Below are positions 1 through 8,236 of a stretch of 32,000 nt of DNA, piece by piece. The DNA comes from Delftia acidovorans NBRC 14950 (lineage in GTDB: Bacteria; Pseudomonadota; Gammaproteobacteria; Burkholderiales; Burkholderiaceae_C). The notes below the pieces were generated by a model. It was given only the letters and a program-made list of their open reading frames with translations, was not told where the DNA came from and did not search any database. Within the stretch, counting starts at the first letter, position 1, and every line of letters begins with the position of its first letter. The stretch is taken from positions 30,001-62,000 of the forward strand of contig NZ_BCZP01000023.1 in NCBI RefSeq assembly GCF_001598795.1. The letters are read 5' to 3'. Made by a program: the position numbers and the translations under genes.

Positions 1-1618
1 CGAGAAAGACGATGGCGGGCCGGTTGAACAGCACGCGGGCAAAGGCCAGGCGCTGCTGCTCGCCAATCGACAGGATGCGGGACCAATCCTGGTTGACATC
101 CAGCTTGTCGGCCAGATGGGCCAGGCTGACCTGGCGCAGCGCCTGCCGCAGCCGCTCGTCGTCCTGCGGCGATGCATCGGCGGGATAGGCAATGGCTGTG
201 CGCAGGTCACCCAGCGGCAGATACGGACGCTGAGACAGGAACAGCGCCTGGTGGCCGCCCGGGCGGCCCACCGTGCCTTCGGCGTGCGGCCACAGGCCGG
301 CAATGGACCGCAGCAAGGTGGTCTTGCCGCTGCCCGAAGGCCCCTTGATCAGCAGCGCCTGGCCGGGAATGAGCTTCAGTTGCAGGCCGCTGATCAGGTG
401 GTGGCCATCAGGGCGGCTGACCTGCAGGCCCTCGATGTCCAGGGCGCCGGGTTGCTCTCTGTGGACGACCTGGGGCAGTTCGCGGGTCTGGGCATTGGCA
501 TCCAGAAAGCCGCACAGGCGGTCCAGCGCAGCGCGGTACTGGGCGAAGGTGTCGTAGGAGGTTCGGAAGAAGGACAGCGCATCCTGCACCTGCCCAAAGG
601 CCTGCGAGGTCTGCATCACATCACCGAGCTTGATGGCACCGCTGAAAAAGCGCGGCGCCTGCAGCAGAAAGGGAAAGACCACGGCCACCTGGTTGACGGT
701 GAGGTTGAAGCCGTCGAACTTCAGGCTGCGGTAGACCAGCGCCCAGACATTGGCGATCAACGCCGAGAAGCGCGTCAAAAGCGTGTTGCGCTCGATGGCC
801 GCGCCCTGGTAGAAGGCGATGTTCTCCGCATATTCACGCACGCGCACCAGGGCGTAGCGGAAGTTGGCGGTGAGCCTCTCGTTCAGGAAGTTCAGCCGGA
901 TCAGCGGCTGGCCCAGGCGAAAGGCGATCAGCGTGGCGACGATCACATAGACGTAGACCGCAAAGACCATGGCCCGCGGAACCTCCACGCCCGCCACGGC
1001 AATGGGCGCGGACAGCCCCCAGAGAATGCCCGTGAACGCCACCAGCGAGACCACGGCGCTGACGGCGCCCAGCGCCAGGGTCAGCGAGTTCGAGACAAAG
1101 GTGTTCACATCCAGCTCGATGCGCTGATCGGGGTTGTCCACCGGCTCGTCCAGGAAGTGGCTGCGGTAGTAGGCATCGCCGCGCATCCAGTCGGTGGTCA
1201 CGCGCTCGTTGAGCCAGACCCGCCAGCGGATGCGGAACGCCTGGTTCACGTAGTAGTTGAACAGCTCGCGCATCACATGGATGGTGGCCAGCACCGCGAA
1301 GATGCCCAGGAATCGCCAAAAGCCCTTCTGGTCCAATTCCTGCAGCGCGCTGTAGAAGCCGTTGTACCAAAAGGAGAACAGCACGTTCATGCGCACCGAG
1401 ACCAGGGCCAGCACCAGCAGCAGCATGAACACCAGCAGCGGCCACCAGCTGTTTCTGGGGTGCAGGAACGGGCCGGCCAGCTGCCAGAACTGCCGACCCC
1501 AGCGGGTGAATCGAACCAGCAGCAGCGCCACGGCCGCGAAAGCCACGACGGTGATCACTGAGGCCGCCGCCAGCCAGACCAGGCTTTCCTGCAGCGCCTT
1601 GCTCCAATCCATGTCCAT
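1..1618 (-). CDS. ABC transporter, fused SbmA/BacA-type permease + ATP-binding domain (YddA-like). The C-terminus runs off the window start.
   Basis: My own minus-strand translation starts MDMDWSKALQESLVWLAAASVITVV. It contains multiple TM segments, then Walker A (GPSGSGKTTLLRSIAGLW), the signature LSIGEQQRLAFARVL and Walker B (AIVFLD) at the window edge. It is absent from the ORF track because there is no stop codon in the window. ATG at 1618 (alternative 1612). Confidence 0.85.
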   Translation of the reverse strand, partial: MDMDWSKALQESLVWLAAASVITVVAFAAVALLLVRFTRWGRQFWQLAGPFLHPRNSWWPLLVFMLLLVLALVSVRMNVLFSFWYNGFYSALQELDQKGFWRFLGIFAVLATIHVMRELFNYYVNQAFRIRWRVWLNERVTTDWMRGDAYYRSHFLDEPVDNPDQRIELDVNTFVSNSLTLALGAVSAVVSLVAFTGILWGLSAPIAVAGVEVPRAMVFAVYVYVIVATLIAFRLGQPLIRLNFLNERLTANFRYALVRVREYAENIAFYQGAAIERNTLLTRFSALIANVWALVYRSLKFDGFNLTVNQVAVVFPFLLQAPRFFSGAIKLGDVMQTSQAFGQVQDALSFFRTSYDTFAQYRAALDRLCGFLDANAQTRELPQVVHREQPGALDIEGLQVSRPDGHHLISGLQLKLIPGQALLIKGPSGSGKTTLLRSIAGLWPHAEGTVGRPGGHQALFLSQRPYLPLGDLRTAIAYPADASPQDDERLRQALRQVSLAHLADKLDVNQDWSRILSIGEQQRLAFARVLFNRPAIVFL

Positions 1619-1903
1619 GCCGGAGATCCTCGGGTTGTGTGGGTGGAGAGAATCTACTCCTGTTCAGGCAGGCCGGCGGGCAGGCCCGGGTGCATGCCGG
1701 CAGCAAGCCATCTGCGCTTGCAATGCCCCCATCGCCGTTGCCGATGGGGCCGCTGCCAACGAGGCCGCTGCGCAGGATTAATATTCCGTGCGTGCCACCC
1801 CGAGGCAGGCACGGAGACAGGATCGGCCCGCACGGTTCCACCCCATGACAACAGCGATGCCGTCCCCGGGCCCTGCCCGGGCGGCCCAGACACAAGCCAG
1901 AAC

Positions 1904-2515
1904 ATGCCCGCATCGCCGCCCCAGGCTTCCCCGCCACACGACACCGCCGATGCGCCTGCCCAGCGCCCCGCCCCCTCCAACCTGCGCGACCTGTTCTGGT
2001 CCTTCACCTGGCTGGCCCTGCAGGGCTTTGGCGGCGTGCTGGCCGTGGTGCAGCGCGAGCTGGTCGAGAAAAAGCGCTGGCTGACCAACGACGAGTTCGT
2101 GGAGGACTGGGCCGTGGCCCAGATCATGCCCGGGCCCAATGTGGTCAACCTGTCCATCACCATTGGCGAGCGCTACTTCGGCTGGCGTGGTGCCGTGGTC
2201 GCCGTGTGCGGGATGCTGTGCTTTCCCATGCTGCTGGTGCTGACGCTGACCGTGATCTATTCGCAGCTGGTCGACCACCCCGCCATGGCCGGGGCGCTGC
2301 GCGGCATGGGCGCCGTCGCGGCCGGCCTGGTGGCGGGCATGGGGCTGAAGCTGACGAGCACGCTGAGCCGACACCCGCTGGGGCGCTGGTGCAGCGCGGC
2401 CCTGGCGCTGGCCTCGTTCATTGCCATGGCCGTGCTGCGCGTGCCGCTGGCCTGGGTGCTGCTGGTGGTCGGCGGTGCCGGCTGCGTGCTGACCTGGAGA
2501 AAGCTCGCCCCATGA
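1904..2515 (+). CDS. chrA: Chromate ion transporter (CHR family), short-chain half 1
   Basis: The protein has CHR hallmarks (FGGVLAVVQRELVEKKRWLTNDEF, AQIMPGPNVVN) and is hydrophobic. I chose the internal ATG at 1904 of track ORF 1637..2515. The 5' extension is Arg/Cys-rich and looks like junk. Confidence 0.85.
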   Translation: MPASPPQASPPHDTADAPAQRPAPSNLRDLFWSFTWLALQGFGGVLAVVQRELVEKKRWLTNDEFVEDWAVAQIMPGPNVVNLSITIGERYFGWRGAVVAVCGMLCFPMLLVLTLTVIYSQLVDHPAMAGALRGMGAVAAGLVAGMGLKLTSTLSRHPLGRWCSAALALASFIAMAVLRVPLAWVLLVVGGAGCVLTWRKLAP

Positions 2516-3120
2516 ACGCCGCCCACCAGATCGCCCTGAACCTGCAGCCCGCCGACTGGCTTCAGTTGCTGCTGTATTTCCTGACGCTGTCGCTGATGGC
2601 CGTGGGCGGCGCCATTGCCACGGCGCCCGACATGCACCGCTTTCTGGTCGATGGCCACGGCTGGCTCAGCGAGGCGCAGTTCAGCAGCTCCATCGCCATC
2701 GCCCAGGCGGCGCCCGGGCCCAATGTGCTGTTCATCGCCCTGCTGGGCTGGAACCTGGGCCTGAACGCGGGCGGGGGCACCGGGCCGCTGGCATGGACCT
2801 TTGGCGCGCTGGGCGTGACCATCTGCATGGTCGGCATCCTGCTGCCCAGCTCCCTGCTGGCCTGGCAGGCCTCGCGCTGGGGCCAGCGCAACAAGAACCG
2901 GCGCGGCGTGCGTGCCTTCAAGCAGGGCATGGGGCCGCTGGTCATCGGGCTGCTGCTGGCCACGGGCTGGCTGCTGGGCAGCGCCAGCGGCCGCCCCGCA
3001 CAGGACTGGCGCCTGTGGCTGCTGACCCTGGCCTGCGCCCTGCTGGTGTGGCGCACGCGCATCCACCTGCTGTGGCTGCTGGGCGCGGGCGCGCTGCTGG
3101 GTGCGCTGGGCTGGATCTGA
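2512..3120 (+). CDS. chrA: Chromate ion transporter (CHR family), short-chain half 2
   Basis: The start ATG at 2512 overlaps the upstream stop (ATGA). Motifs MAVGGAIATAPDMHRFLVDGHGWLSEAQF and AQAAPGPNVLF mirror half 1. This is the internal start of track ORF 2206..3120. Confidence 0.85.
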   Translation: MNAAHQIALNLQPADWLQLLLYFLTLSLMAVGGAIATAPDMHRFLVDGHGWLSEAQFSSSIAIAQAAPGPNVLFIALLGWNLGLNAGGGTGPLAWTFGALGVTICMVGILLPSSLLAWQASRWGQRNKNRRGVRAFKQGMGPLVIGLLLATGWLLGSASGRPAQDWRLWLLTLACALLVWRTRIHLLWLLGAGALLGALGWI

Positions 3121-3166
3121 GAGGTCCTGAGGACTACCCTGGTTTTTTCGTCAAAAGGAGCCGTAC

Positions 3167-4147
3167 ATGGCGCAAGCCCCTTCCCTTCGTTCCCTGGGCC
3201 GCAGCGGCCTGCAGGTCTCGCCGCTGTGCTTTGGCGGCAATGTCTTCGGCTGGACCGTGGACGAGGCCACGTCGTTCTCGCTGCTCGACGCCTGGCTGGA
3301 TGCCGGCATGAACTTCATCGACACGGCCGACGTGTACTCGCGCTGGGCGCCGGGCCATGCGGGCGGCGAGTCGGAGACCGTGATCGGCAAATGGCTCAAG
3401 CGCAGCGGACGGCGCGCCGACATCGTGCTGGCCACCAAGGTCGGCAAGGACATGGGCGAGGGCCGGTTGGGCCTGCGCCCCGAGTACATCCGCCAGGCCG
3501 TGGATGCCTCGCTGCAGCGCCTGCAGACGGACTACATCGACCTGTACCAGTCGCATGACGACGACGCCAGCGTGCCGCTGGCCGATACCCTGGGCGCCTT
3601 TGCCGACCTGATTGCCGCAGGCAAGGTGCGGGCCATCGGCGCCTCCAACCACAGCGCGCCGCGCCTGGCCGAGGCCCTGCGCACCAGCGCCGAGCTGGGC
3701 CTGCCGCGCTACGAGAGCCTGCAGCCGCTGTACAACCTGTACGACCGCGCCGTGCTGGAGCGCGATCTGGCGCCGCTGTGCGCGGCCGAGCAGGTGGGCA
3801 TCATCAACTTCTATGCGCTGGCAGCGGGTTTTCTGACGGGCAAGTACCGCAGCAGCGAAGACGCAGCCAAGAGTGCGCGCGGCGGCAAGACCGTGGCCAC
3901 CTACCTGAACCCGCGCGGCCTGCGCATTGTGCAGGCCCTGGACGCCGTGGCTGCGCGCCTGAACAGCCAGCCCGCGTGCGTGGCCCTGGCCTGGCAGATG
4001 CAGCGCCCGTTTGTGACCTCGCCCATCGCAAGCGCGACCTCGCTGGCCCAGTTGCAGCAACTGGTGCAGGCCACGCGCCTGCAGCTGTCGGCTCAGGACG
4101 TGGCCGAGCTCAACCAGGCCAGTCAGGAAGAAGGCGCAAGGGACTGA
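3167..4147 (+). CDS. Aldo/keto reductase family oxidoreductase
   Basis: 326 aa. AKR motifs are present: LGRSGLQVSPLCFGGNVFG, NFIDTADVYS, DYIDLYQSH. An AAGGAG SD lies 6 nt upstream of the ATG. Confidence 0.9.
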   Translation: MAQAPSLRSLGRSGLQVSPLCFGGNVFGWTVDEATSFSLLDAWLDAGMNFIDTADVYSRWAPGHAGGESETVIGKWLKRSGRRADIVLATKVGKDMGEGRLGLRPEYIRQAVDASLQRLQTDYIDLYQSHDDDASVPLADTLGAFADLIAAGKVRAIGASNHSAPRLAEALRTSAELGLPRYESLQPLYNLYDRAVLERDLAPLCAAEQVGIINFYALAAGFLTGKYRSSEDAAKSARGGKTVATYLNPRGLRIVQALDAVAARLNSQPACVALAWQMQRPFVTSPIASATSLAQLQQLVQATRLQLSAQDVAELNQASQEEGARD

Positions 4148-4155
4148 CCTGCGCA

Positions 4156-4182
4156 GGCCAGGGTAGCCTGCCCGCCCTGGCC
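4156..4182. terminator. Hairpin between the convergent AKR and cobB genes (possible bidirectional terminator)
   Basis: GGCCAGGG (4156-4163) pairs perfectly with CCCTGGCC (4175-4182) around an 11-nt loop. There is no clear U-tract on either side. Confidence 0.35.
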
Positions 4183-4191
4183 CGGGGCCTC

Positions 4192-5037
4192 TCAGCCCGC
4201 CAGCAGCGCGGGCAGGATCTGGGCCGATGGGCCGCGCAGGCACTGGTGCGCTGCGTCATCCAGCTCGGAAGGCGCCGGGTTGATGACGGCCACGTGCGCG
4301 CCTGCCCGGCGCGCGATTCGGGCCAACCCCGCTGCCGGATACACGGCGCCCGAGGTGCCGACCACCAGCAGCACCTCGCAGCGCTGCACGGCAGCCTCGG
4401 CGGCCTGCCATACGCCCATGGGCAGGGACTCGCCGAACCAGACCACGCCCGGGCGCACCAGGTTGCCGCAAACAGGGCACTGCGGAGGCTCGCCAGGGTT
4501 CAGCCCGGCCAGGTCGCAGCAGGCGCGGGGCCGCTCCAACCAACGGTCGCGCATCAACTCGCCATGCAGGCACAGCACGCCGGGGCTGCCCGCGCGCTGG
4601 TGCAGGCCATCCACGTTCTGCGTGACCAGGGTCATGCGGCCCGGGTGCTGCAAGGCCCATTGCGCCAGCGCATGGTGGCCTGCATTGGGCTGCACTGCCG
4701 CCACGGCCTCGCGCCGGTGCGCATACCACTGCCACACGCGCTGCGGATGGGCGCGAAAGCCCGCTTCACTGGCCATGTCCTGTGGGTTGAACTGTGCCCA
4801 GTAGCTGTTCTTGTCATCGCGGAACGTGGGCACGCCGGACTCGGCACTGACGCCTGCGCCCGTGAGCACGGCGATGTGCGCTGCATGCGCGATGCGCTCG
4901 CGCAGCTCGTGGAGCTCACCCTGGCCGGGCAGTTCGGCGGCAGCCGCAGGCAGCGAAGTGGGGGAAGGTTCGTCGGGCATCGGAGGGCGAAGGAAAAAAA
5001 GCAGGCCATTGTGCGGCAGCGCCGCCCCATGGCGCAT
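4192..5037 (-). CDS. cobB: NAD-dependent protein deacylase (sirtuin, CobB type)
   Basis: Sir2 motifs are present: VLTGAGVSAESGVPTFRD, VTQNVDGLHQRAG, QCPVCGNLVRPGVVWFGE, LLVVGTSGAVYPAAG. The ATG at 5035-5037 overlaps the TetR stop (TGATG). An alternative start at 4980 (MPDEPS) is possible. Confidence 0.85.
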   Translation of the reverse strand: MRHGAALPHNGLLFFLRPPMPDEPSPTSLPAAAAELPGQGELHELRERIAHAAHIAVLTGAGVSAESGVPTFRDDKNSYWAQFNPQDMASEAGFRAHPQRVWQWYAHRREAVAAVQPNAGHHALAQWALQHPGRMTLVTQNVDGLHQRAGSPGVLCLHGELMRDRWLERPRACCDLAGLNPGEPPQCPVCGNLVRPGVVWFGESLPMGVWQAAEAAVQRCEVLLVVGTSGAVYPAAGLARIARRAGAHVAVINPAPSELDDAAHQCLRGPSAQILPALLAG

Positions 5038-5675
5038 CAAATGCCTTTTTCCACCATCTCCAGCAGGCGCAGAGCCAGCGCCCGACGCTGCACGGGTGTG
5101 GCACGGCGCAGCGGGCCGTCGATCACCAGCAAGGCCATGCCGTGAACCGCCGACCAGGCCAGGAACTCGGCCTGGGGACGGCGCTCGGGCGGCAGCACGC
5201 CGGCCTCGGCCATGCTGTCCAGCGCGTAGCCCAGCAGCTCGAACGGGTTCAGGCCCATGGCCGCCGCACGCGTGGTGTCGGGCGGCAGGTCCACGTCGTA
5301 CTCGACGGAGGCAAAGGCCGTGCGGAACCAGCCGGTCTCCGTCTGGGCAAAGCCCAGGTAGCCCCGGCCCACGGCAGCCAGCAAGGCGCGTGAGCGCTGC
5401 AGCGCATCGGGCAGGGCACGGGCCTGGACCATTTCGGCCTCGATGGCCGCGGCCAGTGCGCCCAGGGCCGCAGCGCGCACGGCATCAAACAGTGCCTGGC
5501 GGTTGGCAAAGTGACGATAGGCCGCATTCGGCGCCACGCCCGCCCGCCGCGTGGCCTCGCGCAGCACGATGGCCTGGGGACCGCCTTCGCGCGCCAGTGC
5601 CAGGCCAGCCTCGACCAGGGCCTGGCGCAGGTCGCCATGGTGGTATGACTCACGCCTGACACGTCGCTGCGTCAC
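5037..5675 (-). CDS. TetR/AcrR family transcriptional regulator
   Basis: 212 aa. The N-terminal HTH is typical of TetR (YHHGDLRQALVEAGLALAREGGPQAIVLREATRRAGVAPNAAYRHFANRQALFDAV). Confidence 0.9.
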   Translation of the reverse strand: MTQRRVRRESYHHGDLRQALVEAGLALAREGGPQAIVLREATRRAGVAPNAAYRHFANRQALFDAVRAAALGALAAAIEAEMVQARALPDALQRSRALLAAVGRGYLGFAQTETGWFRTAFASVEYDVDLPPDTTRAAAMGLNPFELLGYALDSMAEAGVLPPERRPQAEFLAWSAVHGMALLVIDGPLRRATPVQRRALALRLLEMVEKGI

Positions 5676-5746
5676 TGTTTTGATTCCTTTTTTTTCTGCA
5701 TGACCAAGTCACACATAAGGGACGACAGCCCTGCCCCGCCGATTTA

Positions 5747-5765
5747 CAGCTTGACACCGAAGCTG
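5747..5765. promoter_or_regulatory. Candidate TetR operator: an inverted repeat overlapping a TTGACA hexamer in the divergent intergenic region
   Basis: The repeat is CAGCTT-gacaccg-AAGCTG (6-7-6, perfect arms). TTGACA lies at 5751-5756. The element sits between the tetR start (5675) and the first VOC gene (5899). Confidence 0.25.
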
Positions 5766-5898
5766 ACAGCGCCTGATGTGGACAGCGTCCATTTTAGTCC
5801 CTAGCATATGTGAACGGCGTACACACGCCGGGCAGAAATCGATAAAAAGCCGGCATCGAACGGCAAAAACGGTTTTCACCGTCACCAAGGAGACAAGC

Positions 5899-6402
5899 AT
5901 GGCTTTGCACACCGGCCGCATCCAGCCCTGCCTCTGGTTTGACAACCAGGGCGAGCAGGCGGCGCGCTTTTACACAGAAGTCTTTCCCGATTCCCGCATC
6001 ACGGCCATTGCCCGCTATGGCGAAGCCGGCCACGACATCCACGGCAGGCCGGCCTGCAGCGTGATGACAGTGCAATTCGAGCTGGACGGCCAGCCCTTTC
6101 TGGCGCTCAACGGCGGCCCGATGTTCCGCTTCAACGAGGCCGTCTCGCTGATGGTCAGTTGCGAAACGCAGGACGAGATAGATCATTACTGGGGCGCCCT
6201 GTCCGAGGGCGGCGACCCGGCGGCGCGTCAATGCGGCTGGCTCAAGGACCGCCATGGCCTGTCTTGGCAAATCGTTCCGGCCCAGATGGCGAGCTGGATG
6301 GGGGGGCCCGACATGGCCGCCGCCCAGCGCGTGATGCAGGCCCTGCTGGGCATGCAAAAGCTGGACATCGCCGCTCTTGAGCGGGCGCATGACGGCCGCT
6401 GA
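5899..6402 (+). CDS. VOC-superfamily protein, PF06983 type (often annotated 3-demethylubiquinone-9 3-methyltransferase-like)
   Basis: 168 aa. Family-typical blocks are present: PCLWFDNQGEQAARFY, VQFELDGQPFLALNGGP, CETQDEIDHYW, CGWLKDRHGLSWQIVP. An AAGGAGA SD precedes ATG 5899, which is the internal start of track ORF 5776..6402. Confidence 0.85.
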   Translation: MALHTGRIQPCLWFDNQGEQAARFYTEVFPDSRITAIARYGEAGHDIHGRPACSVMTVQFELDGQPFLALNGGPMFRFNEAVSLMVSCETQDEIDHYWGALSEGGDPAARQCGWLKDRHGLSWQIVPAQMASWMGGPDMAAAQRVMQALLGMQKLDIAALERAHDGR

Positions 6403-6470
6403 GGCCTCCTGCGCCCATCCTCCCACTCCTCTCCCCCGCCCCTCGCCACCATCCACTTCAGGAGCGTCCC

Positions 6471-6893
6471 ATGCAATTCATTCCCTATCTGAACTTCAAC
6501 GGCAACTGCGCCGAGGCCTTTGCCTTCTACGCCAGGCTGTTCGGCGGCACCATCGTGCACCAGAGCACCTTTGGCGAGACACCGGGCATGGAGCAGATGC
6601 CCGATTCCGCCAAGGGGCTCATCATGCATGCCCACCTGCAGATCAAGGACCAGGCGCTGATGGCCTCGGACGCCACCGACAACTGCGGTGGCGGTGGATA
6701 CCAGCAGGCCCAGGGCATGTGGATCTCGATCGGCGTGGACGACGCCACCGAAGGCGGCCGCATCTTCAACGCGCTGGCTGAAGGCGGCAAGGTGACCATG
6801 CCCTTTCAGGCCACGTTCTGGTCGCCGGGCTTTGGCATGGTGACGGACCGCTTCAACACACCCTGGATGGTCAACGTCAAGGGCGAGGCCTGA
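6471..6893 (+). CDS. VOC-superfamily protein, PhnB/YjdN-like (PF06983)
   Basis: 140 aa. Motifs: MQFIPYLNFNGNCAEAFAFY, IMHAHLQI, TFWSPGFGMVTDRFNTPWMVN. An AGGAG SD lies upstream. Confidence 0.85.
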   Translation: MQFIPYLNFNGNCAEAFAFYARLFGGTIVHQSTFGETPGMEQMPDSAKGLIMHAHLQIKDQALMASDATDNCGGGGYQQAQGMWISIGVDDATEGGRIFNALAEGGKVTMPFQATFWSPGFGMVTDRFNTPWMVNVKGEA

Positions 6894-6940
6894 ACAAGGC
6901 CGGCCGACACATTGCCTCTGTCACCCAAGAAGGAGTCTTC

Positions 6941-7324
6941 ATGAACGCCAACCCAGTCGTCTGGTTCGAGATCCATGTGCAGGACATGGCGCGTGCGCGC
7001 CGGTTCTATGAAACCGTCTTCCAGGGCAAGCTGGAGCATCTGCCCGCGCCCGATGGCTCCGACAGCCAGGAGATGCTGTCCTTTCCGATGGACATGACAG
7101 GCCCCGGCGCGGGCGGAATGCTGGTGCGGATGGACGGCGCACCTTCCGGCGGCGGCGGCACCCTGGTCTATTTCGGCTGCGAGGACTGCGCCATCGAACA
7201 GGGCCGCGTCGAGGCCGCAGGCGGGCGCATCGAGCAGGCCAAATTCTCCATAGGCCCCCACGGGCACTGCGCCGTCGTGGTGGACACCGAGGGCAACCGA
7301 ATCGGCCTGCATTCCATGCAATGA
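6941..7324 (+). CDS. Glyoxalase/bleomycin-resistance (VOC) family protein
   Basis: 127 aa. The N-terminus VVWFEIHVQDMARARRFYETVF and the C-terminal VVVDTEGNRIGLHS are typical of single-domain VOC proteins. An AAGGAG SD lies upstream. Confidence 0.8.
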   Translation: MNANPVVWFEIHVQDMARARRFYETVFQGKLEHLPAPDGSDSQEMLSFPMDMTGPGAGGMLVRMDGAPSGGGGTLVYFGCEDCAIEQGRVEAAGGRIEQAKFSIGPHGHCAVVVDTEGNRIGLHSMQ

Positions 7325-7332
7325 GGAGCGCC

Positions 7333-7809
7333 ATGACAGCACAAGACCTTCCCGAACACGCCAACGACCTGGTGCTCACGCGCCTGCTGGACATTCCTGC
7401 CGACAGGCTCTACCGCTGCTGGACCGAACCCGCGCTGATCCAGCAATGGTTTGCGCCCAGCCCCTGGAGCGTGTCCCGCGTGGACAACGATGTGCGGCCC
7501 GGCGGCCACAGCCTCATCGTCATGCGCAGCCCTGAAGGCCAGGAGATGCCCGGCAGCGGCGTCTACCTGGAAGTCATTCCCAACCGCCGCCTGGTCTTCA
7601 CCGACGCATTCACCCAAGGCTGGGTGCCTGCCGACAAGCCCTTCATGACGGGCATCGTCAGCTTTGACCCCGAAGGCAGCCAGACCCGCTATACCGCCCG
7701 GGTGCGCCATTGGAGTGCTGCCGACCGCGCCCAGCACGAAGCCATGGGTTTTCACACCGGCTGGGGCCAGTGCACGGACCAGCTGGCCGAGCTCGCAGCC
7801 CGGCTCTGA
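7333..7809 (+). CDS. SRPBCC-superfamily protein (AHSA1 / activator of Hsp90 ATPase homologue-like)
   Basis: Motifs: LVLTRLLDIPADRLYRCWTEPALIQQWF, RRLVFTDAF, GWGQCTDQLAELA. I chose ATG 7333, which is preceded by AGGAG (7323-7327), rather than the ATG at 7321 that overlaps the upstream stop. Confidence 0.85.
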   Translation: MTAQDLPEHANDLVLTRLLDIPADRLYRCWTEPALIQQWFAPSPWSVSRVDNDVRPGGHSLIVMRSPEGQEMPGSGVYLEVIPNRRLVFTDAFTQGWVPADKPFMTGIVSFDPEGSQTRYTARVRHWSAADRAQHEAMGFHTGWGQCTDQLAELAARL

Positions 7810-7834
7810 AGCCGGATTTCACCAGGAGAGAGCC

Positions 7835-8236
7835 ATGCACTACATCGACGGATTCGTGCTGCCCGTTCCCCGGGCCAACCTGCAGGCCTACCGCGAGGTG
7901 GCGCAGGCCGCAGGCAAGGTATGGATGGAATACGGCGCGCTGCAGTACTGGGAATGCGCGGGCGATGACGTGCCCATGGGCAAGCTGACCTCGTTTCCCC
8001 AGGCCGTGCAGCTCAAGGAAGGCGAGATCGTGTTCTTCTCATGGATCATCTATGCGTCGCGCGCGGAGCGCGATCGCATCAATGCCGCCGTCATGAAGGA
8101 CCCGCGCATTGCCTCCATGGACCCGGCCACCATGCCCTTCGACGCCAAGCGCATGTTCTGGGGCGGCTTCGAGAGCGTGGTGGAACTGGGCACGGGCGAG
8201 GGTGCAAGTGCGGGCGCCAGCGGCGCGCCGGCCTAG
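7835..8236 (+). CDS. DUF1428 family protein
   Basis: 133 aa. [45 protein letters not shown] matches my memory of DUF1428. An AGGAGAG SD lies upstream. This is the internal start of track ORF 7664..8236. Confidence 0.8.
   Translation: MHYIDGFVLPVPRANLQAYREVAQAAGKVWMEYGALQYWECAGDDVPMGKLTSFPQAVQLKEGEIVFFSWIIYASRAERDRINAAVMKDPRIASMDPATMPFDAKRMFWGGFESVVELGTGEGASAGASGAPA

Noticed and set aside
116-1561. 481-aa plus-strand ORF at the window start, together with the 367-aa minus-strand ORF at 834..1937
   Set aside because: The real gene here is the minus-strand YddA-like ABC transporter in another frame, with clear Walker A, signature and Walker B motifs. It is missing from the track only because it has no stop codon in the window. 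The listed ORFs are Arg/Gln/Gly-rich and motif-less.
4192-5037. Sir2-domain gene as a possible anti-phage defence component (Thoeris ThsA / DSR / SIR2-HerA type)
   Set aside because: The protein is a compact single-domain sirtuin of about 230-280 aa with the full deacylase motif set (GAGxS, TQNxD, Zn-ribbon Cys, VVGTS). It has no fused SLOG, TIR, TM or Ago-like domain. There is no adjacent HerA, ThsB or helicase gene. Its neighbours are a TetR regulator and an AKR. This is consistent with housekeeping CobB rather than a NADase effector.
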